DNA of 64,000 nucleotides from Amoebidium appalachense. Taxonomy: Eukaryota; Protista; Ichthyosporea. The stretch covers positions 5,768,564 to 5,832,563 of the forward strand of contig CAVNZM010000004.1 of NCBI GenBank assembly GCA_963693365.1, in the 5' to 3' direction. The position numbers were made by a program, and so were the translations under genes. The notes beneath the pieces were generated by a model, which made no database searches, was not told the DNA's origin, and was given only the letters and a program-made list of their open reading frames with translations. Within the stretch, counting starts at the first letter, position 1, and each line of letters starts with the position of its first letter. Of the stretch, positions 21,397 through 33,835 are shown in pieces.

Positions 21397-21456
<60 letters not shown>

Positions 21457-24400
21457 CACCGTGCAGCCTCGTCATCGCTGTCCTCCTCCTCCTCCCCTGC
21501 CACGGCGCAGGCAGCCACCAGCACAGGGCGCACCTCGTCATACCGGGCCTGCCCCCTGTCGGTCAGCATAGCACAAGCATGTGGCCGGCAGGCTGGGGCG
21601 GTGCGTACGGTCTTGTCGGCATCCAGCAGGTCGGCCAGGGCCGTGAGGGCGGCCTGGCGGTAGCCCAGCTGCTTCTTGCCGCACTCCCGCACCAGCGCCC
21701 TTGCCACCGCATCCAGCCCCACCGTGCCCTCCTGCAGCCCTGCTTAGCCCCTGCCCCGGCCTGGCCGACCAGGGCTCTGGGAGGGAGGGGCCCACCCTGA
21801 GCATGGTGGCGGCACAGGCTGCAGCCAGGCGGCCGGTGGCCAGCACCAGGGCGTCCTTGCCGTCCCACGTGCGCCCAGCCAGCCCGTCCAGCAGTGCCCC
21901 CAGCAGTGTTGCCCCCAGCGGCCCCAGCGCCTCCCCCGCACCCTCGGCCAGCGTGGCTGCTGCCGCCCCAGCCATGCGCTTGCGCTCCCATGACGAGGCA
22001 GCAAACAGCTGCACCAGCAGGCCCACTATCTCCTGCCGGTACAGCCGCTGGCCCGCCCGGCTGCCTGTCCAGCCCCCCGCGGGTCAATAGGCCTGGTCGT
22101 GTGCGGGCCGCCCACGGCCCCGGCAGGCACGCACCAGGGGTGTTGTCATCCCAAACGCTGGCCCACACGGCCTTTGCGTCGCCCCCCACGTGCATGGCCA
22201 CAAAGGCCAGGGGCAGGAAGCTGCGGATGCCCGGTCAGCACTGGCTGCGGCCAAACCCGGGCCAGGGCAGGGCAGCACCTGGTGGCCCAGCGGCGGAACA
22301 TGTCCGGGGCATGGTGGGCTATCTGCTGGCACGTGAAGGCGCTGCTGTGCTGCTGCGGGCCCTCTGCCTAATGGCTCAGTTGCCTGCCAACCAGCAACCC
22401 CTCCCCCCCCCCCCCCCCCCCCGTACCGTCGCTGTGCAGGGCCATATTTGTCAGGGTGGCCACCAGGCCCTCCATGTCCTTGTCCCCAGCCGCCTTGACC
22501 ACATACGACACGCTGTTGCCACACGCTGCCAGCCCCGCTTAGCCCCTGCATGTGCCATCCAGCACGGCCGGGGGGGGGGGGGGGGGGTTACCCCTACGGA
22601 CCGTGGGGCTGGGGTCTGCCAGGCAGAGCTGCAGGGTGCGCAGTATGCCGCCCACATGCCGGCCCAGCTGCAGGCCCCGCTGCCCATCGGCCAGCGACGC
22701 CAGCACCTGCGCAGCGCCCACCTGTGGCAGGCCGCAGTGCCGTCAGGGCAGGCCAGGGCGGGCCTAGCGGGGGGGCCATCACCCACCTTTGTCTGCAAGC
22801 CTATGCCCCGCACCAGCTCCAGAAGCCGCGGCACCAGCCCGGCCAGCACGCTGTCGTCCACCTGGGCCAGAGCAAGCTCTGCAGCCCCCGTCAGGCCCAT
22901 GCCCCCCCCCCCGGCCTGCGGGGCCCAGGCGGCACGCACCCACAGTGTCGGCCATGGGGGACAGCCTGGACGCGGCCACCCGGGCATCCTCAAACTGCTC
23001 GCGGTCCAGGTCGTACTTGTCGATGTGGAACGCAAGGTAGTTGAGCGACGCCGACTCCAGCTCGCTCTGCGACTGCAGCATGCTGACCACAAGGTCCGCC
23101 GCATACGGCCGCAGCTGGGGCCCCGCCACCTTGCACAGCTCCTGCAGCCTGCACGGCCCCGTGTTGGCGCCTGCCCCCGCCCTGCCTGGCCCCAAGCACG
23201 TACGTGTGCATGCTGAGCGCCTGGACCTCCTTGACGGCCGACCGCAGGCCCTGGTCCAGCAGCAGCGGCAGCGCCGTCTCCAGCACGGCCCTGTGCCCCC
23301 CCTCAGGCCCCAGCCCAGCCCCCAGCGTCTGCCTGGCCGGGGGCCCACCTGCACGTGTCCCTGCTGGCCGTCACAGCCGGGTCGCACTTCTTGCGCGTGA
23401 TGCTCGCCAGCGCCTTGCTGCACACTGTGCCAGCCACCCGCACAGACTCCTGCCCACCCAGAGTTGAGCACTGGCTGGCTATACCGCACCCAGATGCCTG
23501 GCCCAGGCCCAGGTTTGGAACCCACATGTTGCACACACAGTGGCCGTCGCCACACACACTGCCTTGTATGGCTCAATATATGAGTACAACAAAAATAGAA
23601 AACACTTGGCATCAGCATTGTGTAAACAAAATGTTTCCGAAAGCCAAATAATATTCCCAAAAGAAAATACAACTGAAGTTCTTCTGCCACTTCCTTCTTT
23701 CTCATTGTCGTTGCTGAAGAATTGGAATTTAGGATAAAAATCTAGAAGACCCCTTCCGCCGCCTCGTAAACTCAGATTTGGAACCGTGGAACCCAAATTC
23801 ACCGCCTTATTTGGGCAAATCGTGCCATCCAAGGTTGTGTTTTTCTTGTTAGATTTCGATTGTGTTTTTCTTGTTTGGTTTCGATGTGCAATGGAGGTCT
23901 ATGGCATATCCGACCACGTCGCCTTGACTGGTGGCCAATCGCAACACAATATTTGATGTCCAATCGCCAGACCATGCTGTTCTTTCACCTAGCAGTCTAG
24001 GCTTGGGCCTGGATATTGTGAGTGCACCTTGATGTCATCCAGGGCCCGGAAGCACAGGGGCCATAGGGCCTGCAGGTCGGCCGTGGGCAGGTCCAGCTGC
24101 AGCGTGTTGAGGTAGTCCCCCAGCGCCAGGCAGCTGCGCCCCCGTCAGCCCCCCCTCCCCCACCGGCCCAGCCCCTCTGCCCGGGTGCAGGCACCTGGCC
24201 TCGCGGGTGCGCCACTGCTTGGCCACGATGTTCTCCTGCAAGTCGGCCAGGATCTCGGCCCGGAACCGCTTGACCGTGTGCCCGCTGCCACCACACTCAG
24301 CCCCACTCCCCCCCCCCCCCCCCCCCCCCCCCCCCTGCACGCACCTGTCCAGGCCCAGGGCCTTCCAGATCTGGGCCATGGCCTGGCGGGTGCGCTGGTT

Positions 24401-27400
24401 GGGGTCCTGGCGGTAGCGGTACAGCTTGGGCACCAGCCCGGGCAGGTGCTCCTCCAGCTGCTTGCCCTGCTGCCCGCTCTCAGCTGCCCAGCCCCATGCT
24501 GCTGCCCAGGTGCGGTGGGGGCCCACGTACAGCCATGGTTGCAATGGTGCTGAAGCCAAAGGCCGCACCCTTGCGCGAGTTCCACAGGGCGTTGTGGTGC
24601 GACAGCGCCATGAACTTGTAAATCAGGTCCGGCTGCAGCCCCAGCCGTCAGCCCATACCGCCGTGGGCACGGTGGCCGGGGCCCAGCACGTGCCTTGTTG
24701 AGCTCGGACACCAGGCTGCACAGGTCCTTGTACGTACTCAGCGCCCCCCCGCCAGGCGCCGTACCCATGTCTGCGGCCCAGCCACGGTGAGTCCACCACT
24801 CGTGGCCACCCGCTGCACGGAGCAGTCAGCAGGCACACACCCTGGGTGAATAGCTGCGTGTCCGGGGCCACCTTCTGCTGCTTGGTGCCGCTGGTCAGCG
24901 TGCCCACCAGCGCGTCCACCAGCTCCTGCAGCCCCCCGGCAGTCAGTGCCCCTTTCACCGCCCCCAGGGCCCAACGGGGCTCCTCATCGTGCCTTGCGCA
25001 TGCCAGCACTGCCACACTCGTAGACCAGCCCCAGCCCCGTGCTGGCGCACTCCTGCGTGAACTCTGCACCCGCCGTGTCAGCCCCAGGGCCATGGCCTCA
25101 GCCAGCCAGGCCACACGCACCGTCGGCGTCGCCAAGGAACGCCGTGAAGGCCTCCTGGATGGCCCGCAGCCGCACCTGCACATGCACGGTCAGCAGTGGC
25201 CCAGCAAGCGCCCTGCCCCCGGACCGCAGGCACCTGGACGGCTGGGTGGTGGGGGTTGTGCTTAAGCAGGGTCAGCAGCCAGATGCAGGCCGACTGCCGC
25301 ACAGGGGGCACCAGCGACGCCGCATTGGCCAGCAGCTGCTCCAGAATGCTCGGCAGGCGCCTGCCCACCAGTCAGCACTGCCTCCCCCCCCTCCCCCCCC
25401 CCCCCCCCCCCCGCCCCGGCCACTACCCAGCTGGCCCCTCGGTCGATGCCGACACGTCCCCCGGGCCGGGTGCCCTGCAGGGAACTGCCGGTTAGCTGGC
25501 TGTGGCGTGCAACCGCACCACACCGCACACACACCCAAGGCGGGCCAGGGCCAGCCCGACCGAGAAGTGTAGGTCCGGGGACTTCTCCCGCTGCGTGGCG
25601 TAGAGCCCAGCCAGCACGGCCTCGGCTCCAGCCAGCTGCCCGTCGCCAGCCCCCAGCAGCCCAAGCGCCGACACCGCAGCATCCCGCACCTGTCCGTGCA
25701 GTCAGCAGGCATGCTGGGGCCTCTGTGTGTTTGCGGGGATGGTGGTGGTGGTTGGGGGGGGGGGGAGGATGCCTTGGGGTCCTTGGCCTTGGCCACGGCA
25801 TGCAGCAGCTGGCCTACGACCTCGCCCAGCGTCACGCCTGGCCCCAGCTTGTCCCCTGCCCCAGCGCCTCCTCAGCCCCCCCCCCCCCCCCCCCCCCCCT
25901 CTTCCCCCCCGCCCCCAAGGCACCCGCCACCTACCAGGTGCCGTGCCGCCCACCAGCACCTCGCTGGTGTAGGTGACCACTGGCCCCGCCTCCAGTGGCA
26001 GGGGCCCCTGTCTGCCCATGCGGCCCAGGGCCTGGCAGGCTGCCAGGCACAGCTCCGTCCGGCCCAGGTCCACACACCTGGCCACGGCCTCGACCGACCT
26101 TGCCAGCGCCGGCACCTGGCCGTTCTGGCCCATGGCCACGCACTGGCCCACCACCTCCCCCACGGCACCTGCATGCACCACGTCAGAACGGCCCTGCCTG
26201 TTGGCCCTGTGCCCGGGAGGCACCTACACAAGGCGCCAAGGTGGCTCTCGGCCACCGGCTTGGCCGTGTCCTCCAGCACCCCACACAAATCTGCGCCCCC
26301 CGTCAGCCCCCACCCACCGCCCAACCTGCACCCCACAGCCAGCAGCCCGACCGGTCAGCAGGGCTGCAAGCTCGTCGGCCCTGGCCCGTGCAGCCACCAC
26401 CCCCAGCACCGTGCACATGTGCTGCCGCAGCACCTCGTTGGGTGCCGACACAAACCCCTGCACCCAAGCCCATCAGCACGGTCTGGCCGTGCGGGCAGGC
26501 AAGGGCCAGTGAGCAGCATACCCGCAGCCAGAGCAGGCGCAGCAGCAGGCGGGGGCTGACCAGCTCCGGCAGAGCCTCCACCAACTCCTGCAGGCAGCTG
26601 CCCAGCCGTCAGCAGCAGAACCCCCCCATGCCCCCAGCCCAGGCCGGGCCATACCTGGCCGCCACTCTCTGCAGGTCGCTGCTGGCTGCAGGCCCCAGGC
26701 CCAGTTCCACCAGGGTGCAGTACTCGTCCAGCACATTGCCTGTGCAGTCGTCAGCCCAGCCAGCCACCCAGGGGGGGCCACTGCGCCAGCACCTACCGGA
26801 CTGCCAGCCTGCAGCCGACTCGAGCTGCAGTGCTGGCTGGGCCTCAGCCTGGGCTGCGGGTGGAGGCAGGGCCTGCAGGTAGGCCTGCACGGCACGCCGC
26901 CGCTGCTCCCCGGCCTCCTCGCTCTCCTCCCTGTCCTCGGCCTCTGCACCCCCGACCGTCAGTCTGGCTCCCCTGGACGGAGGGGGGGGAGGGGGGGGGG
27001 GGGGGGGGGGGGGGGGCAGGAACCTGGATACGGATGGCCGCAGTCGGCAGCCAAGGCCTTGCGCAGGAAGTCTAGCACGGCTGCATGCACGGGGGGGGCT
27101 GAAGGGCAGCGCGCCCACACCGGTCTGGTAGCGCAAGGCTGGGTCCTGGTAGCGCACCACGCTCTGGGCCATCACATAGCTGCCCGGACCAGTCAGCCAC
27201 AGCCCGGGCCCGGCCACATGCACCGCACCCACCTGACGAGCTCCGGGAACCTGGGCAGCACAGCCTCAACCTGCACTAGCCCCAGTCAGCACGCCACACC
27301 AGAAAGGCCACCCACTGGTTGGCCAGGCATAGCCCCCCATACGTGTGCCCAGATTCCCACACCCAAACCCGATTCCTAGGTTCAGCATTTGCATGGGCCG

Positions 27401-30400
27401 ATCATTGGATAACAGCATTGTGGTTTCAAACTGCTACCAATCAACAAATGGTCGTGTGTGCCGTGGATCGCCATTGCATCTTATAGAAATGCACTTCTTG
27501 TATAACACAGTTGCATGAGCAGAGAAGTTAGGTTCCACGGTCCCAAATTGGGTTAGACCCCCTTCTCCCCTCCTTTTTAGACTCCTATCCCAAACTCACA
27601 TGATTCACGGACAACGCTGTTGCTTTTTAAGAGTGTCAGCATGCACATTCGGTTTCCGGATACTTTCCACAACAACCATGCTGATATGTGTACCATTATT
27701 TTTGCTCATACACACACTTCCCAAACATGCCCCGCGTGGTTGACATGTGGGTTTGAAATCCAGGTCTAGGTTAATCTGGCCCCGGTATATCCACTCACCT
27801 TGGTGCCCACCTGGGGCTGGTGGTTGGCATGGGGTCGCCGCAGGCCCCTGCGGGCCTCCTCCCTGATGTCCTCCTGCGCGTCACCGGCACCCAGCATGCT
27901 GGCACACCCATTAGTGAGCGCCACCAGCGCCATGGCCACACCACCACAGCACCCACCAAATGTAGCGGGACGGCACGTGGGCCAGCGGAAAGATGGCCAG
28001 GCAGCTCTGCACGGCCACCAGGCGCAGGTGCCCGTGGGCCGACTGCACGGCCTGCACCCCCCATGGTCAGCCTGCAGCGGGTGGCCCCAGGGCCAGGCCC
28101 ACGCACCTTCAGCAGCAGCCGGGTGAGCTCGTCCTCCGTGCTGCCCGCGACCCCCCGGTAGCCTGCCAGCCCACACCGTCACTCCCTTGCCTTCCCACCC
28201 CCCCCCCGAAGCGCTGGGGCACCCACAGGTGGCCAGCATCTGAATGGCCTCGACCAGGGAGAACCTCATGCTGCTGGGCTCTTGCTCCAGCGCCCCAAAC
28301 AGCAGGCCCAGCACCCCCAGGTCCCGTGCAAACAGCCCGGGCTGGCGCTGTGGGCTGGGCCGGTTGGTGCGAATCCCACCCTCGTGCCATGAGTGGGGGG
28401 AATAGAACCTTGGCCAGCTTGCCCAGCAGCAGGTAGATGGTGGCCCGCAGCTTGACATGGTCCGGCGCCTCACTATGCACGCTGCCCAGCAGCCGCCGAA
28501 GGCCCTGCAGCAGCACAGGCCCTGTGGCCTGCCTCGCAGCCAGCCTGTCAGGTCGAGGCCACGCAGGGGCCCACCACGCAGGCGGGGCCCACCTTCAGCA
28601 GGTTGTCGTGGCCACGCTCGCAGGCACTCTGCATCAGCTGCAGCCCCAGCGCTTGCAGCCGGGGCGTGGTGCCGGCGCCAAACAGACAGTCGAACATGAC
28701 CTGCACCACGCCTGTTGGAACAGCGTCAGCGCTGCGGGCCCAGGCCACAGCCTGCGGGGGCAGGGCACGGACTTGGGAACATGTTTGTGGCCTTTGTGGA
28801 CTTAACCAGATAGCCCAGCACCAACTGCCGGGACTTGCCCTGCACGGCCAGCCGCCTGCTGTCTGCCGGCAGCTCCTTCTGGCCTGCCTGCCCGTCAGCC
28901 AGCTCCCCGCCCAGCCCACCCAGCGGCAAGGTGTTAATACGCACCCTGTGGGGCCATCGTGCCCTGCAGCAGCCCGTACAGCCCCTTGACCAGCTGCTCG
29001 TTCTCTAATGGCCCCCCCCCGCCCCCCTCTCAGCCCACACCCCTTTGCCCTCCACATGCCCCTCCCCCCCCTCCCCCCCCCTCCCCCCCCCCCCCCCCCG
29101 CCCCCTCCGGGGTTGCAGGGCACGCACCCAGGTCCAGGGTGCCCAGGCGCTTGAGGCCGGCCTCGGCAGCTGCGGCCACGGCATGGTGGCTGTCTGCGGC
29201 GGCCACCACCAGGCCACACAGCACCTGCAGGCCCCTCAGCACCTGCATGCCCCCCCCAGGCCCGGCCCCGGCCACACACCTCACTGGGTGGGCATACGTT
29301 GCTGGCCAAGAACTCCACACAGCCAATCTTCAGGGCCGACGTCACGGCCTGTGTGCCCTCGTTGGTGACCCGCCGCAGCGCCTCAGCACTCAGGCCCCCG
29401 GGCACAGCCAGCACTGCTGCCGGGTCTGTCATGTGCCTCTCGTTTAATACCTGGTGGCTGCCAACGGGGTACAGGGGGGAGGACGGGCGTGTTGGGGGCG
29501 GGGGGGGGGGGGAGGGGGGGGGAGCAGTAGGGGAGCACCTTTTGCGGCCTGGGCCACCGCACTATGGCTGGAATAGTCGCACAGCAGCACGTCCTGCAGG
29601 TGCCGCACAAGCAGGCCCCGTGCCTCAGGCAGCTGCACACAGCATTAGCCACTCCTCCCCCCCCCCCTTCCCCCTCCGCCCTCCCCTCCCCTCTGTGCAC
29701 CTTGTCCAGGCCCAGCACGGTGCGGCACTGGTCCCGGTCCTGGGGCAGCGGCACAACAGGCAGCAGCGGGGTCAGCAGGCGCAGCAGGGTGGCCTGCTGG
29801 GGCGGGGCCCGGCCAGGCAGCAGGCCCACCAGTGACTCCACCAGCCGCACCTGCAGCTGCTTGTCCTCCCTGCGCCCCCGTCAGTCCCCCTTGCCAGCTA
29901 CGAGATGCAAACAGCGCCCATGGGCTACAAGCAGAGCACCCGACCGGGTTGCCTAGGTAATTCTCCTGTAAGCATACGGTGCTGCACAGCCAGTCGGCTG
30001 TCTTTCAACACTAACTAGATCCTATCATAAAAGTTCCAAGCCCTTAGTCCTTCCAGCAATAGGTGCTCCTAAGATCCTTTCCGCCTTTCCCTTCCGTCTT
30101 CAACAAACAGCCCCTTTTACCCACCCACACTACCACCTGCTTTCTCTTCCACTCCAACTTAACGAGATATCTATCATACACGGCTACATCAATTGATGCA
30201 AAAGTGTCCATCCTTGCTGCTTTCCTGTTCCTTTACTTCCCCCCCCCCCCTTCTCCTCCCCCCCCCCCCCCCCTCCAAAGTCACTCATCGTGCCACTCTC
30301 AGTCTTCACGCTTTCCCCCCTGTCGTTTCAGTCCTTGTATGTCTCCTTTTAGTTTTCCCAGCATATCTTTTTTTGGCCGCTCCTTTTCCCTGACCCTGCC

Positions 30401-30910
30401 ACATCGTGCTCCCGGTCACTTAGGCCCGGAACCTGCGGCTGCTTATGTGGCCGTCATGGCGCCTGCAAGCACAGGCAGGGGTACGCACCGCGGGAAGGCG
30501 CTGTCCAGATAGGAGCAGGGCAAAGTTTGCGGCAAAGGGCGGCGTGGCCTTGTCCTGCAGCTGGGCCAGCAGCGCCTCTGTGGGCAGCCGCACGGGCTGG
30601 GCCTTTGTGCGCTTGTTGACGTGGCTGAGCACCTCCAACGCCTGCCAAAACCCTCAGCCTCCCGCACCCCCTGGCCACCCACCGCGCCCGTGCGCACCTT
30701 TGCACGCACGGCCGGGTCCGAGCTGGGTAGCTTGAGCAGCACGGGGGGCAGAAACTTTGCCAGCGTGGCCTCGAGCTGGTCGCTGGTCTCTGCCGTGGCA
30801 AACCGCAGCAGCACCCGGTCCAGGAGCTCCAGCTCCGCCCCTGCGGCCGTGTGAGTCGCCCGCACAGTGCCCCCCAGCCCCGCGTACATACCGGGGCTTG
30901 CTGTGGCCAT
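20642..30910 (-). CDS. ECM29: Proteasome adaptor ECM29 (ECPAS), ~50 exons
   Basis: N-terminus [36 protein letters not shown]...EVLSHVNKR. Conserved blocks include [85 protein letters not shown] and [12 protein letters not shown] at 30910, TGA at 20642-20644. Two single-base frameshifts (about 30512 and 27091-27098). Confidence 0.95.
23497..24013 (+). mobile_element. Non-autonomous MITE-like insertion in an ECM29 intron (copy 1)
   Basis: AT-rich ~515 bp inside a GC-rich gene. Imperfect inverted ends: CCTGGCCCAGGCCCAGG versus the reverse complement of the right end, CCAGGCCCAAGCCTAGA. Homologous along its length to 27350-27785 in the opposite orientation. Confidence 0.7.
27350..27785 (-). mobile_element. 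Non-autonomous MITE-like insertion in an ECM29 intron (copy 2, inverted relative to copy 1)
   Basis: Its reverse complement shares collinear blocks with copy 1: aacccacatgt, atttgg.accgtggaacc, tgcaatgg.g.tc.a.ggca.a..cgacca, ttga.tggt.gc, tccaat, ccatgc, acctag. Confidence 0.7.
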
Positions 30911-31510
30911 GGCCCAGGCAGGTGAAGAAGACGGCTATGTGTACGCGCAAGCACGGGTAGCAGGCAAGGCGTTGTTTGCGGTCGCACACAATCATAAGCT
31001 CTGCAGGCGAAGGCAGCCCTCCTGACTACAAGCCTTTGAAATTCAGTGCAAACAGACCGGCAACCGCGCTTTTTCTTGCCAGCCTCCTATTGGCAAATGA
31101 TGCCGTCCGCTATTTCTCAAAGAGCCGCTGCCGCGTAGCGCATAGCTGTGGCGCATTGCTTGCGCATGCTGCAGAGCACGCTCACACAAAAATCTCGCAC
31201 GTGTAGGCCCTAACGTGAAGTTAGCTCAATGACGGAGCACGCACAGTCATATCTCCTGGGCCTATGCATACAGCACACTAGAGCCTGCTGGTAATAAAGG
31301 CCCTGAGGTTGGACCGAGTCCCCTTGACTCACACGGACCCTCCCTTGACAGACTGCACGATGCACAGACACAGTTATCAGCCTCACTACTATTGAACAAA
31401 TATCATGTGCTGTGATCACCGTTTGCGCAAACACACTGCTGCTCCCCTGGAACTTGGAGCGCTTTGACTTGGCCCTTGTTTGGTAGCCGGGCACCCAGAA
31501 GGCGTTAAAG
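30911..31510. promoter_or_regulatory. Probable bidirectional promoter region between ECM29 and UROS
   Basis: Divergent start codons about 600 bp apart; CpG-retaining, repeat-free sequence. Confidence 0.55.
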
Positions 31511-33158
31511 ATGGGCGGGCTGGTGGTGCTGCTGAAGGGAACGGTGGGCGAGCCCTCGGCGCCGGATCCCTACGAGCAGGTGTGTGTGCGGCCACAGCTG
31601 CCGGGGGGCGGACACTGACTGGAGTGCGGCAGGCACTGCAGCAGCATGGCTTCGACACTGTGGCTGTGCCGGTGCTGCGTGTGCAGCTGTGCAACAGCCA
31701 CACACTGGCCCAGCTGCTGGCGGACCCGGCCGTCCCGCCGTATGCTGCTTTGGTCGTCACAAGCCCCCGTGCTCTGGCCGCCCTGCAGCACGGTGTGGCA
31801 CCCTGCCTCCCTTGCCGACCCTCTGTTGCTCTTGCAGGCTCCCTTCTCCTGATTGCCTCCAGCCCCCATTCTGAGTGCTGCAATGGAACCCTTGACAATT
31901 GCCTGGCAGTGGTGCTGAGTCCCACGCGCCGCGCGCGTATTCGGCAGAGTACTAATGATGAGTGCACAGCCATGGGCAGCAGCCTCCAGCCGGCCTGGGC
32001 CACGCTGCCTGTGTACGTGGTGGGGCCAGCAACAGCAAACGGGGCCCGCGCCCTTGGATTTACCGGTTCCTCCCCCTCCCCCCCCCCAACCCCCCCCTGC
32101 CCACCCCACCCCCCACCACCAGCCCCATGCATCCACCCACCCCTCGTCCAACAAGAAAGGAGAAAAAGGAAAGGGGGTCGTCGTCTGGACCACCCTATCC
32201 CCGTGGCGCCCAGAGCAGCACAGCTGATCTGGCGGGTGCAGATGTTCGTGGAAAGGAGGCTGGTTGCGGTGCCGTGCTTGCCGAGATAATTCTTGGCCAG
32301 CAGCAGGCGGAGGGCAGTGTACGGTAGGCGCCAGGTCCTGGTTGGACCGGTGGCAGGCTGTGTGCTGAGGGGTGCCGGGTGCAGGCCACTGCTGCACCTC
32401 TGTGGAGACAGGCGTCGGGACGAGCTGCCTGCAGCGCTCCAGGCTGCAGGGGTGCCCCTGCACAGCCTGTGTGTGTGCGTCTCCCCCTCCCTGTGGCTCG
32501 CTGGCCCCAGCTGTGCCTTGCACGCGCGCAAGTGGGCTCCACCTGCTTGGTTGCTTGGCAGAGTAGCGTGGCAAGGCCTTGGTGCAGAGCTAACACTTAC
32601 CCCCAATTTGGCACCATAATACGAACTATTGCCTGTCGGTGCAACTGGGGTTGCTGTCGCCGCGCTTGTGTGCGTTCAATTTCAAATTCCCGTTTGTATG
32701 TGTACAGCACTTGCACCAGATGGTGTTTGTTTTTACCGACTTTGTGTTTGTAAGGCATGCTTGACACTTCGGCCATAGAGGGAGTGTGTGGGTGCAGGGT
32801 GGCTCACTGTGTGGCTGCAGCTACGAGTCAGCAGGCAGCGGGTCTGTGGCCGAGGACCTGCAGCAAGCCGTGGGCAACCGCAGACCCGTGTGGGCCGTGT
32901 TTTTCAGCCCGTCCGGGGTGGACGCTGCCCTGGCCGCCCTGGAGGTGCGTGTCTGTGCGCGCTGCACGGGGCCTGCCGTGGGTGGGTGCTGAGGTGCTCC
33001 CGCTGCAGGTGCTGGAGGCTGCGCGAGGGCCCTGCCTGGTGGCGGCCATAGGCGCAACCACAGCGGCTGCACTGCGCGCGGCTGGCCGGCACGTCGCCGC
33101 CACGGCGCAGCGGCCCAGCCCTGACGCTCTGGCCGAGGCCCTGGCCAGCTCACAGTGA
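31511..33158 (+). CDS. UROS: Uroporphyrinogen-III synthase (HemD/UROS), 7 exons
   Basis: MGGLVVLLK...DPYEQ/ALQQHGF...VPVL...YAALVVTSPRA...WATLPVYVVGPATA...GKEAGCGAVLAEII...PLLHLCGDRRRDELP...VYES...VFFSPSGV...AAIGATTAAAL...A.RPSPDALAEAL, ending in TGA. Confidence 0.93.
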
Positions 33159-33835
33159 TGCGGGGGGGGGGCTGAGGGCTGTTTGCGTGCGCGGCACACC
33201 ATACTCCCTCTACACCACTTTCTTTGTTTCTCTCCTTTAATCTTTCTCTTCGATATTTCCTCCCCATTCCCAACCGCTTTCTTTTTTTATTCCAACCTCA
33301 GCCGACCACGGCGAGGAACGTTTCACAGCAGCGGCTGGTCCGCCGCCCTACCCAGTTTTATGTATGCTGTACAGTAAAGATGATTGCGTAATGGCACGGC
33401 CCTCTCGTGGTAATGGCCCCCAGAAGCCCCAGATCGGCCGCACAGCTGTGCGCATAGGTGAGGTGCTTGGTTGCCGCAGCACAGGGGCTGCCCCTTCCAG
33501 CGTGCATACGTGTAGGTTATGTGCCGAGGCGCAGCCACCCAGTGGCCTAAACGCACAGCCAGAGCTCTAGGCCGTGCTGGTAGCGGTCTGCCGCTCAAGG
33601 CTCGCGCTGCACGGGACACAGAGGGCGCCAGCAAGGCCCTGCCTGCGTACAGCCCGCCACACTTGGCACCCTGCCCTGTGCCAGCCGTTAGCTAGCCGGT
33701 CTAGGCAGCAGTGGGGGCGGGCGGGGTGGGCGGACGGGTTGGGGGAGGGGGGAGGCGGGGGCGGAGGGAAGGAGGGGAGGGCCTGATGCGAGTGTGTGGC
33801 TGCACCTTGTTGTGGGCGGACGACCGGGCGGCAGG

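Noticed and set aside
27085-27100. Programmed ribosomal frameshift in ECM29
   Set aside because: The shift falls in a G8/C8 homopolymer in an assembly full of long homopolymers; an indel error is far more likely.
20642-30910. Introner-type (transposon-derived) intron family explaining the many similar-sized introns
   Set aside because: The short introns share only splice signals and G/C runs. I saw no extended sequence identity, TIRs or TSDs among them.
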